This document shows positions 38,355 through 51,669 of a stretch of DNA of 64,000 bases, one piece after another; within the stretch, counting starts at the first letter, position 1, and the number at the start of each line of letters is the position of its first letter. The notes beneath the pieces are model-generated. The model was given only the letters and a program-made list of their open reading frames with translations. It made no database searches and had not been told where the DNA came from. This DNA is from Squalus acanthias (Eukaryota): positions 87,048,001 to 87,112,000 of the forward strand of contig CM059437.1 of assembly GCA_030390025.1 (NCBI GenBank), read 5' to 3'. A program made the translations under genes and the position numbers.

Positions 38355-38874
38355 AACTCCAACACTGCAGATACATTTCCTTTTTGGTGGAAAACATGTT
38401 TCAGGGCAATCAATTCCTAGCACAGAATTCACCCACTCTGCCTCCAAAATTTGTCAATTCCTGGTCATCAGAGTAATCTCCTGGCCAAATAAGCAGGTCA
38501 CAGCACCCCAAAAATAATTCACTGCAGAAAGCACTTGGCGACATTTCAATGTGCTATACAAATGCATGATTGCAAAATGGGTTATACTCCACTTTTCTCT
38601 CACATTTATCACTTATAAACGTTATTAAAGAGAAAACAACGAATGTTTAATTAGACAATCCATACCTAAAGTATTTAAATATTTGTAATTAAGAAGAACC
38701 TCCCAGTGATTGGGGCTGCCAGCCAACATTTTAACATTGGACTGCACATAGCTGTATAAGAATACATAACGAAACAGGATACATCAGTGGGAAGACAAAC
38801 ATGTTAGTGTTTTGTGAAATGCCAAGTATCGACTGCAATATCAAGACATTTCTGGAGCAAGACCTCATAACGTA

Positions 38875-39465
38875 GTGTCAGCCATGGCTCAGTGGTAGCA
38901 CTCTCGCCTCCGAGTCAGACGGTTCAAGACCCACCTCTAGAGACTTGAGCACGAAATCTAGGCTGACACTCCAGTGCAGTACTGAGAGAGTGCTGCACCG
39001 TTGGAGGTGCCCGCTTTTGGATGAGATGTTAAACCGAGGCCCTGGTCTACCATCTCAGGTAGACGCAAAAGGTACCATGGCACCAATGTTCCCCCTAAGT
39101 TGCGCGGCCGTGCACCGATCGCGAGGTCCCGAGCAGGCCGCTCACCAGCTGTAACCGCTGGAAGAGATTCAGCGGCCACACATCAAATTTAAAAGGGCCG
39201 GCGCAGGGGAAAAAATATTAGGGGGAACATTGCATGGCGGTATTTCAAAGAAGATCAGGGGAGTTCTCCCCGGTATCCTGGCCAATATTTATCCCTCAAC
39301 CAACATCACTAAAACAGATTATCTGGTCATTATCACGTTGCTGTTTGGGGAGCTTGCTGTGCGCAAATTGGCTGTCATATTACAACAGTGACTACACTTC
39401 AAATGGACTTCAGGCTGTAAAGTGCTTTGGGATGTCCTGAAGTGGTGAAAGGCGCTATATAAATG
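38875..39465 (+). mobile_element. tRNA-derived SINE interrupted by a hAT MITE at 39084-39232
   Basis: A/B boxes; MITE TIR caatgttccccctaa / ttagggggaacattg with 8-bp TSD catggcac/catggcgg. Confidence 0.85.
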
Positions 39466-39836
39466 TTTATTTTTATAATTTCTATACTTTTTAACAAAAC
39501 CAACTCTACAGAGCATGAAAGCGTCCGAGGACCCAACGCTTTTATTGAGAAACCTCGGTGATTGGCCAAGGATCCACTGTACAGGACATCACCAGGGTTC
39601 AAAAGAGGAGATATATCAAGTAGATCCTGAAGGTGAATAGAAGCGATCCTATTCACTCACAGTTTGTGTATTTTTATCCCTTCGGTAGATTTTTGTGATG
39701 AAGCTCTTCCACTTATTTTATTATAACAACTTCTAATTAATTTACTTGAATAAACAATTGGTTCTGTCTACTGGGAAATGAAAAATGTAAAATCATTGAA
39801 GATTACCCAACAAAACAAACAAACACTCATTTGTAC

Positions 39837-39990
39837 CTGGTCTAAGCAGCGTTAAGCCACAGCCACCACCTCCTGCGCCTGTCAGTTTGCTGTGCAGACC
39901 ATAGGCTGCAGTTACCTGACACAACCTGTCCAATGAGGAATGGCCCACTCCAATGACATTCAGGTGATGCTGGTTAATGTCAATAAGTTC
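39837..39990 (-). CDS. MVK: Mevalonate kinase, exon 10 orthologue (glycine-rich motif III)
   Basis: gatttcag|GAACTT...ACCAG|gtacaa; 154 nt; [51 protein letters not shown]. Confidence 0.98.
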
Positions 39991-41035
39991 CTGAAATCAG
40001 CAGGGGAAACAAGATCGTTAAGACAAGAAAATCACCACCGAATAGGTACGATAATGTTTGTTCTGTTGACCTGTTACGTAATCCTAAATTGTACAAGACT
40101 GAGCTCCGTCAATGGCTCAGTTGGTAAAGGCAACATGCTGCTGAGCCATATAGACGTGCAAGTGCAACTGTGCTGAATTAGCTGGTCTCAGCAGTGGGTA
40201 GTAGCAAAGGTGCCACAACTGACCTCAGTACTCCTTGGTCGGTCGGTCGGTCAGGGGGGGGAGGAAATCATCCAGGACTCTTGCTCCTAATTGCTATGCA
40301 GTAACCCATACGTGAATGTTGGATGAGGACAAGATGAGCTGTGCCGTGGTGGAATAACCAACAGTCACAATCTAGGTTCACGTGAAGAATGCCAACTTGG
40401 ATCAGGTAACTGAAAACCCTGGATCCTGTGGAATGACATGTCAGTGGGTGTCAATGCCTTCAGAAGAGACAGAGCAAAATAATCCAAAAAAAAATCATGA
40501 GGAAGAGATCTTTAGGCCTACCAAGCATGCCCCTTTCTATCAGTTCTCAATTTCACCTCCTTTTCACTTTGCACTTCATTCTCCCTGCAGATATGCATCC
40601 AATTGTCTCGATATACGCCCTTGATAACTTAACCCTATTACCCTTATTGTATTAAACAGCTTTGCCTCACTTTTCTCCTAACTTTCTTATTTTCAATTTG
40701 TATCTAATGGATAGCTAAACCCTTCACTATAAATGAAAAATATTCACTATTTTTATTAATACCTTTCATATAATACACTCCAGCAACATGACAACTGGGA
40801 GTTCATCCGACAAAACATTACACAAATCCATTTTCTTCAGAACAGAGTGGTTCTCTCCGTTCTCACCCTCGCCTCCAGAGTACAGCAATTGGCTTCGAGA
40901 TGATCATTCTCAGCACGGAGGCAAGTGTCTACAGGTGCTCTCATAAACTACAGTGTCAAAACTTGAGGCTACTTCAGCACCGTTTAGCAATCCTTTTGAC
41001 TCAAGTAGATTCAACTTATCAAACACATGACATAT

Positions 41036-41801
41036 GGGCCTGGAACTTGCGGTCAGCGGCGAAGCAAAGGCTTTCGCCGCTGGCCCTGAAGTAAGCTTCG
41101 CACAAAGATCTTGCGAGCTCTGTGTTAAGAAGTTTGGGTTTTCCGACGTGTAATTCAAATCAAGAGTAGAGTGGGGAATCCCCTAGTGCGAGCTGCTGTG
41201 ACGTCAACAAGCTATCTAAGCAGCCAATCAAAATGCAGAATTCTCAGACAGTGAACAGTGGGTAAGATCTTAAAATTCTAACTTTTTAAAAATGTTAGAG
41301 AGAGCAAAACAAAGATTGGGGCTCTCACATGGGGAAAAGGCAAACCTGAAATAAAGATGAACAAACTTAAAATTTTTAATTTTTTTTTAAGTTTCTTAAT
41401 TTTAATTAAAATGGATAAATTTGACACTGCAGAAAATTAAAATGAGTTTTTCAGGGTCATAACCATTGTTTAGCAGTCAATACGCTGTTAAAACCCCAGC
41501 TACACCTAATCCCTTTGGGTCGAACTTTTAGTGGGGAATTTAACAGCGTACTTACTGCGGAAGAGCCGAAGTTTTCGTTGGTTTCCCTGATTTGAGAGAT
41601 GTCACTAATTGCCGGCTCTGGCAGAGGCGGGGGGCGCTCCACAGTGCAGCTCGTGGAGGAGCAGTGAATGACAGGCAGCAACTTCAGGATTTCCACATTA
41701 GGCTGCGCATGCGCTAAATCCCGAAGTTGCGGTCAGTTTCAAAGGCAGACTGACGGCGAACGCTGCCAGTTCGCCGTCATCAGGACCTCACATTCCGGGC
41801 C
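41036..41801. mobile_element. Harbinger-type MITE in MVK intron 9
   Basis: gggcctggaa / ttccgggcc termini; subterminal hairpins ggcgaa...ttcgcc; related to 17090-17350. Confidence 0.6.
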
Positions 41802-41916
41802 ATAGTCTTTCTTCCGGTAAAATCAAAAAGCCATCAACTGCATTCTTTAAGTTATAATTTGACCAGACTCTGCACTAATACAATAAACTGTAACGGGAGC
41901 GGTGTGTAAAGTTTAC

Positions 41917-42036
41917 CTCCAGGATTGTGTAGTGTTCGTCGACAGCGTTGCCAGATGCTACTGCAGCCAGAATGCGCTCACACTCGCACGAAATAGCATC
42001 TATCGAATCCAGGACAGGTTTTATTATGTTCGGCAA
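41917..42036 (-). CDS. MVK: Mevalonate kinase, exon 9 orthologue
   Basis: ccctcctttag|TTGCCG...CTGGAG|gtaaac; 120 nt, phase 0 to 0; LPNIIKPVLDSIDAISCECERILAAVASGNAVDEHYTILE. Confidence 0.96.
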
Positions 42037-42386
42037 CTAAAGGAGGGAAAAATTTTAACTCACTTTAGTCACTATTCTCATTTATTCAAATGTGACAAGG
42101 GTCTGGAAGAGTAGGCAAGCAAACCACAGACCTCCCATAAATTTTCAATACACGAGGTAAATTTCCTCAGGTTAGTCATCAGATTTTTTCCTACTTCAAA
42201 AAAAGTACTTTGTGCTCATCAAGGTGAGGTATGTTCATGTTTTTAAAAATTGTTTTTGAAATGTAGACGACGCTGGAAAAGCAATTGACATTGTCCATAT
42301 CTAGTTGCCTTGAGGTGGTGGTGGGCCTTCTCCTTGACCTTCTGCAGCATTTGTGCTCGTGGTGCTTCCACAATGGTGTTCGTTAG

Positions 42387-44040
42387 GGAATTCCAGGATC
42401 TTGATCCAGCCACCATGAAGGAACGGTGATCTGTCCAAATTGGGATGGGCTGCGATTTGGAGGGGAACTTGGGAGGTGATGGTGTTCCCAGGATTTTGCT
42501 GCTCTTGTGCTTTTAGGTGGTAGAGGTCATGGGGCAGGGAGTTGCTGCTGAATTAAGCTTGGTAAGTTTCTGCAGTGCATCATGCAGATAGTACAAGTAC
42601 ATGTTGCAGACACAGTGCTCCGGTGGTGGAGAGGCTGGATAGTAGAGTTTGCTGCTCAAGTAGACTGCTTTGTCCTGGATGATGTCGAGCTTCAAGTGTT
42701 GTTGCAGTTGCACCCATCTAGGTGAGTAGTGAGTATTTAATCTGAGTTGATCCTTGTAGATGGTGGAGAGGCTCTAAAGGGTGAGGTAAGCACCTCATCG
42801 CAGGGTGCCCAGCCTCTGCTCTGCTGTTGTTGCCACATTGTTTCTATAGAAACAGGAGTAGGCCATTCAACCCCTGGAGCCTGATCCACCATTCAATTAG
42901 ATAGTGGTTCATCTGTACCCCTTACTCCATTTACCCTGCCTTTGTTCCATATTCCTGGATACTTGTACCCAACAAAAATATGGTTGGCCCAGTTAAGCTT
43001 TTGGACAATGGTGACCTTCAGGATGTTGATTGTGGAGAATTTGATGATGGTGGAGTTGTTGAAGGTCAGGAGGAGGTGGTGAAGATGCTTGCCAACATTT
43101 CAGCCTTGTTTCTGACACTCACCGGCTGATCTCTGCCATAGTTGAAGATGAGGATGTTCATTATGCCTCCACTTCCTGTTAGTTTCTTGATTGTCCATCA
43201 CCATTCTTGACTGGATGTGGTAGGGCTACAGCATAGCTCTGATCCACTTAGCTCTGTCTGTAGTCTGCTGCTTTTGGTATTCAACATGCAGTTAGCTCTG
43301 TGTTGTAGCTTCAGTAGGTTGATTCCTCATTCAAAGACATGCCTGGTGATGCTCTTCCACACCCCACATAGCACTAAAGAATGAAACATTTTCTATTCTA
43401 AGCACCTGGTGTTCAGGATCAAGCATTCCAAGGTCATGTATAGCACAAAGAGTAAAGTTCCCTCTATTCTGTCCCAACAATGTGCTTCAGCCTCAACCTC
43501 AAGAGTGCCCTTTACTGCACTCATAACATTTTTCTATTTCCTACACCTGCCAGTTTGTGACTTGTCTGAGGGAGACTGATACTTTGGTGCCTATTGGTGT
43601 GAAAGTAGGGGCATTTTGTGTTGTGGGTCCATGCTCAATATGAATTGGGTTGGGAGAGGCTACAAGGGTTGAGACCCTTGTAGCCTCTCCACCATCTACG
43701 AGTGTGATTAAATACTCGCCACTCACCTAGATGGGTGCAACTGCAACAACACTCGACAAAGCAGTCTACTTGAGCAGCAAACACTACTATCCAGCCTCTC
43801 CACCACCGGAGCACTGTGTCTGCAACATGTACTTGTACTATCTGCATGATGCACTGCAGAAACTTACCAAGTTTAATTCAGCAGCAACTCCCTGCCCCAT
43901 GACCTCTACCACCTAAAAGGACAAGAGCAGCAAAATCCTGGGAACACCATCACCTCCCAAGTTCCCCTCCAAATCGCAGCCCATCCCAATTTGGACAGAT
44001 CACCGTTCCTTCATGGTGGCTGATCAAGATCCTGGAATTC
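42387..44040. repeat. Inverted duplication of a decayed LINE fragment (arms about 42387-42780 and 43674-44040)
   Basis: The arms are reverse complements sharing private variants; ORFs 42513-42713(-) and 43731-43916(+) give nearly the same peptide. Confidence 0.92.
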
Positions 44041-44791
44041 CGTGTGTCTGCACTATGTACTTGTACTATCTGCAGGATGCACTGCAGAAACTTGCCAAGC
44101 TTAATTCAACTCCTTTCACTCAGGCTAGCAGAAATCAAGATGAAGTGCCAAAGACACCATCAAGGTTGAAACAGAGTAACAGACAATACCAGATAAGTAA
44201 AGTAGTGATTGGGTGATACCAAACTTGGATTTGAAAAGCCAGTCAAATTGTAGGAGGAAGACTGTTCACCCCTCATCCAATGAACTATAACCTCCTCCCT
44301 TCCGTTCACCAAAATGCCAATGTTTGTATTTGTAATGCTTCTGCACAGAGGTATTCCAAGAGTGAAATTACTTATTTGTAGTATTAGATTCACTGTGAAT
44401 GCAGCCTCGAATGAATTCAGATAAAGGTGGTGTAAATATTCCATTAATGCTCATTCCAAAATGATCCCTCACCCCCTCCATCCTTAATCACCTGAATCAG
44501 CTGCATAAGTCAGGTGAGCATTGACATTTCTAAGCTTAAACCGAAAAATACCGGATGCATTCACACAGTCTTGATATACTGTGGGTTGGCTAGCTAGCTC
44601 TGAAGATCATGCCTGTCATTTGCCTCATACATTTGTGCATTAGCTAGAGACAGTAATAGTAGACTAAATAAAAGTGGAGCAATGGTGTTGGGGGGGGGGG
44701 GGGGAGAAATTCTTCAAGCTCCAGTATCTGAAAGCAAGAGACAATTAGTTTCGGCTGACAGGGATCATTTAAAGAAAAACAAAGGACGAAC

Positions 44792-44882
44792 CTTATTGAG
44801 TTTGTCCTTCACTCCTGCTACTAGCACTTTTGTGCTTCTTGACACTTTTGTGTTAGTAAGCAGTATCCGGAGGGTGGGGATT
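44792..44882 (-). CDS. MVK: Mevalonate kinase, exon 8 orthologue
   Basis: ctttttcag|AATCCC...AATAAG|gttcgt; 91 nt; IPTLRILLTNTKVSRSTKVLVAGVKDKLNK. Confidence 0.96.
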
Positions 44883-45467
44883 CTGAAAAAGAGAGCGAGA
44901 AAAAGTTACTAAAAACAAAATAAAATATTTGAATACATTACATTTATTGTACTCACTTTATAGCAATATCATATCCACATGCATTCAACACTGTGCTAAT
45001 ACCTTCTCCATTTAAAAAGGGAAAATTTGTTCAGGCCCCAAGTCATTCATTATTGTTTCTACACTGTTTGCTTAACAAAGGAAACACTTTGTTCAACATG
45101 AGACATTCCCTTTCAGAAACCATTAAGTGTTCAAAGAATGAGCTGTATCTGTACCGCTCAGTGAGCTGAATCTTACCAAGATGCCGGATACTAACTGGGT
45201 TAGAGAGAAAAACTATAGCTCACAATGACATCACACACGTGTGGTACGATGATATGTTTAAATCAGTATGCTGTTGTTTGTCAGAAGATAGTTAAAGGCC
45301 ATGTTTCTTTCAATGGAAAGACTGGAAACTAGATTTTAATTTTTTTAAAGTTAGATACAAAAATTACCCTGCTTACTATATGCCTGTTTTCTTTTATATA
45401 AAAGTGAATCCCCACCTATAACAAACAAATTAAAATGTCATTAATTGAACGTAATCAAACTCTATGG

Positions 45468-45712
45468 CATAGCTTTTCAAATTGGGGTCCAAGGACCCGG
45501 AGGGATCTTCAAGAGGATAGCAGGACGAGCCAAAGATTATCTGTATCAATATTTCTGTATTGTATTATTTTCCTGTATTTGTTGACGTAGGAGGATGTTT
45601 TCTGAAGTGATAGTACTGATTTACTTTGGGTCACTGACTTTCAGGAGTTGGGACAGGGGACTCTGTCACTATTTAGAAGAGGTCCCCCACACAGGAAAGT
45701 TAAAAACTGCTG
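45468..45712. mobile_element. hAT-Charlie-type MITE
   Basis: catagcttttcaaa / ttaaaaactgctg termini; TSD ctctatgg/ttctatgg. Confidence 0.65.
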
Positions 45713-45915
45713 TTCTATGGCAATATCACCAGCACGTAGCAAACAGATTACCCCTTAACGGCAATTTGAATCCTGAAGCAATTATAAAACAACAAGAACC
45801 ACTACAACATCTCCATGCCACTATGCCCATTCACTTATTTTCAACTCATCCACACTGCTGTCATTGAGACATACATGAGCGCCTTCCCGATCAGCACCAT
45901 TTGCAGACCTGTCAC

Positions 45916-46078
45916 TAAAGTTCCCTTTAAGATGTGCGGTCGCGCAGCTGTGTAGAGGTCCTGCACAGCCAGTGAGCCGGCATTTAAATATAAAAAACGC
46001 GCATGTATGGAATTTTGAATGGCCTGCGCAGCTCGTTAAAGGGGCCACAAGAGCCCAAAAAAAATTGAGGGAACATTG
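45916..46078. mobile_element. hAT MITE (caatgttccc family)
   Basis: taaagttccc / gggaacattg termini; TSD cctgtcac/cctctcac. Confidence 0.8.
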
Positions 46079-47445
46079 CCTCTCACCATTATCTTCTGCT
46101 TCCCCCAAGTGAACTGACATACTTCCTCAAGGAACATGCCGTCAGACCAGACATTGGTCACTGAGGATGAATAAGCTGACTGAAGTTAGCCAGAAGTTTA
46201 TACGGTCGATTTAAAAAAAAGTTATGTTTAATCCGTTAACTGATCAAATGACATTTGTAGGTTAAAAAAAAATGTCCGGAGCAAGGATCAAGCTCAGCTT
46301 GGATCCTGCACCTCTTCGCCCTGCTCTTGTTCCTCTTTCTCTCCAATGTGTTTCCTGTATTCCATGGGCATAAATTGGAGAAAAAGATCTTCATCTGTTG
46401 TAACGTGGTTCAGAACGCTTGATACAGAACTTTATTTGCACGTGAGGTACTGGTGCTTACACATTTTAAATTAGGGTAGGCTTGCTCTTCTGCTTTTTAC
46501 TTAAACACACAAGCAATTAACCCAGAGCAGATTACTTACAATATGATTGGACCTATTTGTTGCAAGTACAGTCAACCTTGCATGCAAACAACAACAACAA
46601 CAACTTGTATTTATATAGTGCTTTTAACGTAGTAAAACATTCCAAGGCGCTTCACAGGAGTATTAGAAGACAAAAAATTTGACAAGACATTTCCATACAA
46701 CAAATGGCAAGGTGGTGTTTGCTACATTCCGATAGACTGCACAATATTTCACAAGTGTTCCGTCATTGACTTTAGGACGTGTGTTTACAGCTGCAACCTC
46801 GGCCACAATCAAAGGAGCGAGGATGAATTTAAAGAATCGCTCTGGTCCATCCCCTGTAAAATTTCCTTGTGGATGGCTCAAAATCACCAAGATTTGGGAG
46901 CATGTCACCTACCCTCTTAGCTGTAAAACTGTATGTGGTGCAGGGACCCCAAATTTGAGAAGGGGAAAGAAAGCTTACGAGATGACCATAAATATGAAAA
47001 CTTAGTAAAAATACAAATCAGAATGTTAAAGTTTAATTTTTTCAACAAAACAAAAAGAACATGACCACAAGACACTGTTTTTACAAAAAAAAGGGGTAAA
47101 TGGGATTCAGTTATTGGAGCTATGTAGTTGCAGCCTCAGACAGAAGTAATTCATGCCAAAAATGGTAAAGTCTCCAGCATCAATGTCCCCCATTTAAAAT
47201 ATGTAAACAACAGAAAACATTTATCTATTGGATTGGAAATTTTGATAAATTAGCAAATAAACACCCTTCTCCATCACATCAAAATATTTAATAGCTGGTC
47301 AATATCAAATTATTGAATCCTTAATTTTTCATGCGAAGGATTGGAGTACACTGGAAAGCACTACAGGGTTATTAAAAGTTGTACCACATTCTAGTAACAT
47401 TAGAGCTATTTTCTAAAGTCAGTCAGAATGAGCAAAAATAGGTAC

Positions 47446-47491
47446 CTGGACAAAGGGACAATTTTACCTGCGTGGTATCTCAACACTCCGC
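47446..47491 (-). CDS. MVK: Mevalonate kinase, exon 7 orthologue
   Basis: tctgctttag|GCGGAG...TCCAG|gtacct; 46 nt; GGVLRYHAGKIVPLSR vs human GGALRYHQGKISSLKR. Confidence 0.95.
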
Positions 47492-48099
47492 CTAAAGCAG
47501 AAAAAGGAAAATATATCATTAGAGATTGGAAACACTAGACTGACATAAAAGCCATTATTTTACAAGCTAGATCCTGGGCTCGTCGCTGAGCGTCTCACCT
47601 CCGGGATAATATATCTACTTGCACCGGGATTTCATTAAACCGCAGATAATCCCGATTAATTAGCAAGTGGCTGAGCTATGCAGACTTGGGAAGTCCCTGG
47701 TTTGATCCCCAGTTTGCGCTCAGTAACCAATCTCGCCAGTGTTGGCAGTAGGGACGTGCTACTACTTAGTGACCATGGGTTACAAAAGGCAAACTTGGCT
47801 GGGGATCTTTTGCTTGATCACAACCTAGCAACCCCTACTGGAAGTGTGCCTTTGTGGTATCAGCAAGGACAGATTTGGGTGCTGCTGTGACGCCTCCCAC
47901 TGTGGTCGAATCACCTGCCAACATTCACCATCAAGGCTGATGCATGAATAATAACCAACTGGAAAGGGAGTCAAAAAAATTCCATTTAAATTATCCATTT
48001 ATTCTCAATTCAATTTAAACAGAAACGCTGAATTAAAAAAAATTAAATGCAACTGGTGATATTTGTGAAATGCTACGTCCCCTGTTTGTCACTTGTTTT

Positions 48100-50397
48100 T
48101 TTCCTTGGATGTGGGCATCGCTGGAAAGGCCAGCATTTATTGCCCATCCCCAATTACCCTCGAGAAGGTGGTGGTGAGCCGCCGCCTTGAACCGCTGCAG
48201 TCCGCGTGGTGAAGGTGCTCCCACGGTGCTGTCAGGGAGGGAGTTCTAGGATTTTGACCCAGTGACTATGAAGCAATGGCGATATATTTCCAAGTCAGGA
48301 TGGTGTGTAACTTGGAGGGGAACTTGGACGTGGTGGTGTTCCCATGCGCCTGCTGCCCTTGCCCTTCTAGGTGGTAGAGGTCGTGGGTTTGGGAGGTGCT
48401 GTCGAAGTCCTGGTGAGTTGCTGCAGTGCATCTTGTAGATGGTACACACTGCAGCCACGGTGCGCTGGTGGTGGAGGGAGTGAATGTTTAAGGTGGTGGA
48501 GGGAGCGAATGTTTAAGGTGGTGGATGGGGTGCCAATCAAGCGGGCTGCTTTGTCCTGGATGGTGTCGAGCTTCTTGAGTGTTGTTGGAGCTGCACTCAT
48601 TCAGGCAAGTGGAGAGTATTCCATCACACTCCTGACTTGTGCCTTGTAGATGGTGGAAAGGCTTTGGGGAATCAGGAGGTGAGACACGCGCCGCAGAATA
48701 CCCAGACACTGACCTGCTCTTGTAGCCACAGTATTTATGTGGCTGGTCCAGTGAAGTTTCTGGTCAATGGTGACCCCTAGGATGTTAATGTTGGGGGATT
48801 CGGCGATGGTAATCCTGTTGAATGTCAAGGGGAGGTGGTTAGACTCTCGCTTGTTGGAGATAGTCATTGCCTGGCACTTAAGTGGCGCGAATGTTACTTG
48901 CCACTTATCAGCCCAAGCCTGAATGTCGTCCAGGTCTTGCTGCATGCGGGCACAGACTGCTTCATTATCTGAGGAGTTGCGAATGGAACTGAACACTGTG
49001 CAATCATCAGCAAACATCCCCACTTCTGACCTTATGATGGAGGGAAGGTCATTGATGAAGCAGCTGAAGATGGTTGGGCCTAGGACACTGCCCTGAAGCA
49101 CTCCTGCAGCGATGTCCTGGGGCTGTGATGACTGGCCTCCAACAACCATCTTCCTTTGTGCTAGGTATGAGCCAGTGGAGAGTTTGTCCCCTGATTCCCA
49201 TTGACTTCAATTTTACTAGGACTCCTTGATGCCACTCTCGATCAAATACTGCCTTGATGACAAGGGCAGTCACTCTCACCTCACCTCTGGAATTCAGCTC
49301 TTTTGTCCATGTTTGGGCCAAGGCTGTAATGAGGTCTGGAGCCGAGTGGTCCTGGCGGAACCCAAACCGAGCACCGTGAGCAGGGTATTGGTGAGTAAGT
49401 GCCGCTTGATAGCACTGTCAACAACACATTCCATCACTTTGCTGATGATTGTGAGTCGACTGATGGGGCGGTAATTGGCCGGATTGGATTTGTCCTGCTT
49501 TTTGTGGACAGGACATACCTGGGCAGTTTTCCACATTGTTGGGTAGATGCCAGTGTTGTAGCTGTACTGGAACAGCTTGGCTAGAGGCGTTGCTAGTTCT
49601 AGAGCACAAGTCTTCAGCACGACAGCCGGGATATTGTCGGGGCCCACAGCCTTTGCTGTATCCAGTGCGCTCAGCCGTTTCTTGATATCATGTGGAGTGA
49701 ATCGAATGGGCTGAAGAATGGCTTCTGTGGTGGTGGGGATCTCAGGAGGAGGCAGAGATGGATCATCCACTCGGCACTTCTGGCTGAAGATGGTTGCAAA
49801 CGCTTCAGCCTTGTCTTTTGCACTTGCGTGCTGGGCTCCGCCATCATTGAGGATGAGGATGTTCATGGAGCCTCCTCCTCCCGTTAGTTGTTTAATGGTC
49901 CACCACCATTCACGACTGGATGTGGCAGGACTGCAGATCTTTGATCCGAATCGTTGGTTGTGGGATCGCTCAGCTCTGTCTATAGCATGTTGCTTCCGCT
50001 GTTTTGCATGCATGTAGTGCTGTGTTGCAGCTTCCCCAGGTTGGTACACCTGGTGCTGCTCCTGGTAAGCTTTTCTACACTCCTCATTGAACCAGGGTTG
50101 GTCCCCTGGCTTGATGGTAATGGTAGAGGGATATGCCGGGCCATGAGGTTACAGATTGTGATGGAATACAATTCTGCTGTTGCTGATGGCCCACAGCACC
50201 TCATGAATGCCCAGTTTTGAGCTGCTAGATCGGTTCTGAATCTATCCCATTTAGCACGGTGGTAGTGCCAAACAGGATGGAGGGTGTCCTCAGTGTGAAG
50301 ACTGGACTTCGTCTCCACAAGGACTGTGCGGTGATCCCTGCTACTGATGCTGTCATGGACAAATGCATCTGCGACAGGAAGATTGGGGAGGACGAGG
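48100..50397 (-). mobile_element. 5'-truncated LINE family B (CR1/L2 group) with frameshifted RT, MVK intron 6
   Basis: KAVGPDNIP, NYRPISRLTIISKVME, QGSVLGPTIFSCFINDL, MFADDCTVF; 3' tail at about 48100. Confidence 0.92.
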
Positions 50398-51034
50398 TGC
50401 AGCGCGGCTAAAACCCGGAAAGACCGGGGAAGCGGAAGTCCTGCTGAGGTTAACGGCAGAACCTCATTAACAATTTTTTCTTTCCTTTCCCGCCCGGCAG
50501 CTGGCCAGATTGACAGGCTGGTCGGCGGGAAACCAGCAGCAAGAGGCTGGGGATTGGAGCTTCGTGGTGGGTGGGGGTGAGTCATGCGCAGCAGGAGGCT
50601 TGAAATCGGAGCTTGGTCCCGGGGGAGGGGGGTCATCGATTGCAGCAGCTCCGTTAGATAATTAAGTAGATTACTCAGCTCAAATGTAGCAGATCAATAC
50701 ATGCATGAACTAGCTGATGTACTGTCTGAATGTGGCAGGAGTGCACCACACATTGTACCAATGAATAATAAAATTTGTTTTCTAAGCAAGCACTTTATCA
50801 AGTGATAAGACAGTATGCAATTTAAATTGAAATGCATCAGTGACTATTTTCAGATGTTCGGTGATTTCAAGCAGTCAGTCCGTATTAACTCTGATTCACT
50901 TGTGCTCTTTACCAGCTGAAATAAATACATCAACTGTTTGTGAAAAACTGCAGATCAGTTCTTTAACCCATATCAAAGTACTGACTGTTAAATGGATTTA
51001 ATTAAACTGTCCCGTGCAACCTCTCTGTCGCAAC

Positions 51035-51192
51035 CAATGTTCCCTTTAAGCTGCACGGCTGCGCAGCGCTCTGCAGCTCAGCGCTCTGCAGCTCCCACGC
51101 AGCCGGCTCACCGGCTTTTAAATAGGAAAAACCGCACATGCGCGGTATTTTGAATGGGCCGCGCACTCAAAAAAAAATTAAAGGGAACATTA
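51035..51192. mobile_element. hAT MITE (caatgttccc family)
   Basis: caatgttccctttaa / ttaaagggaacatta; TSD gtcgcaac/gtcacaac. Confidence 0.8.
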
Positions 51193-51669
51193 GTCACAAC
51201 CCATCTCGTCTCCGTTTTACCAATATAGACAGTAATCCTCTCACCGTCCCTTTCTTTTTCCTCCTAAACAACAAATACATTATTCTGCATGTTCTATTTC
51301 CTTGCTGCCCTCCTCACCATGTTTAAATCAACAGGGTGCGCACTGTCTCCTACTAGAACTCAGTCTTTACTAGGGCCTCAAAACCGTGTTTCCTTCCCCC
51401 TCCAATGTTCAGGCTGTTTGGTATCATTGAATCATTATTTCCAGATTTAGCTCCCTGCCTCTTTTCAGCTTTGGTGGTGTTCAGCACCATCGTCCTTTAC
51501 CTTGGTTTCTTAATCCTAAAAAAAGCCAGAGGCACACTTTCTTGCTACAATAAGCATAGGTGTCCCACCTAGGACTCTAGGTGAGATTCAGTTCTCGAGC
51601 CCTGCCTATCTGCCCTCAAAGCCCACCACACCCCACACTCCCGTATTGATTGTCAGGTGAGTACAGACA

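Noticed and set aside
44290-44370. Candidate MVK exon 8 (ITNTNIG)
   Set aside because: The true exon at 44792-44882 fits much better in sequence, size and splice sites.
49980-50636. 218-aa ORF
   Set aside because: Spans the junction between a truncated LINE and a GC-rich DNA-element fragment.
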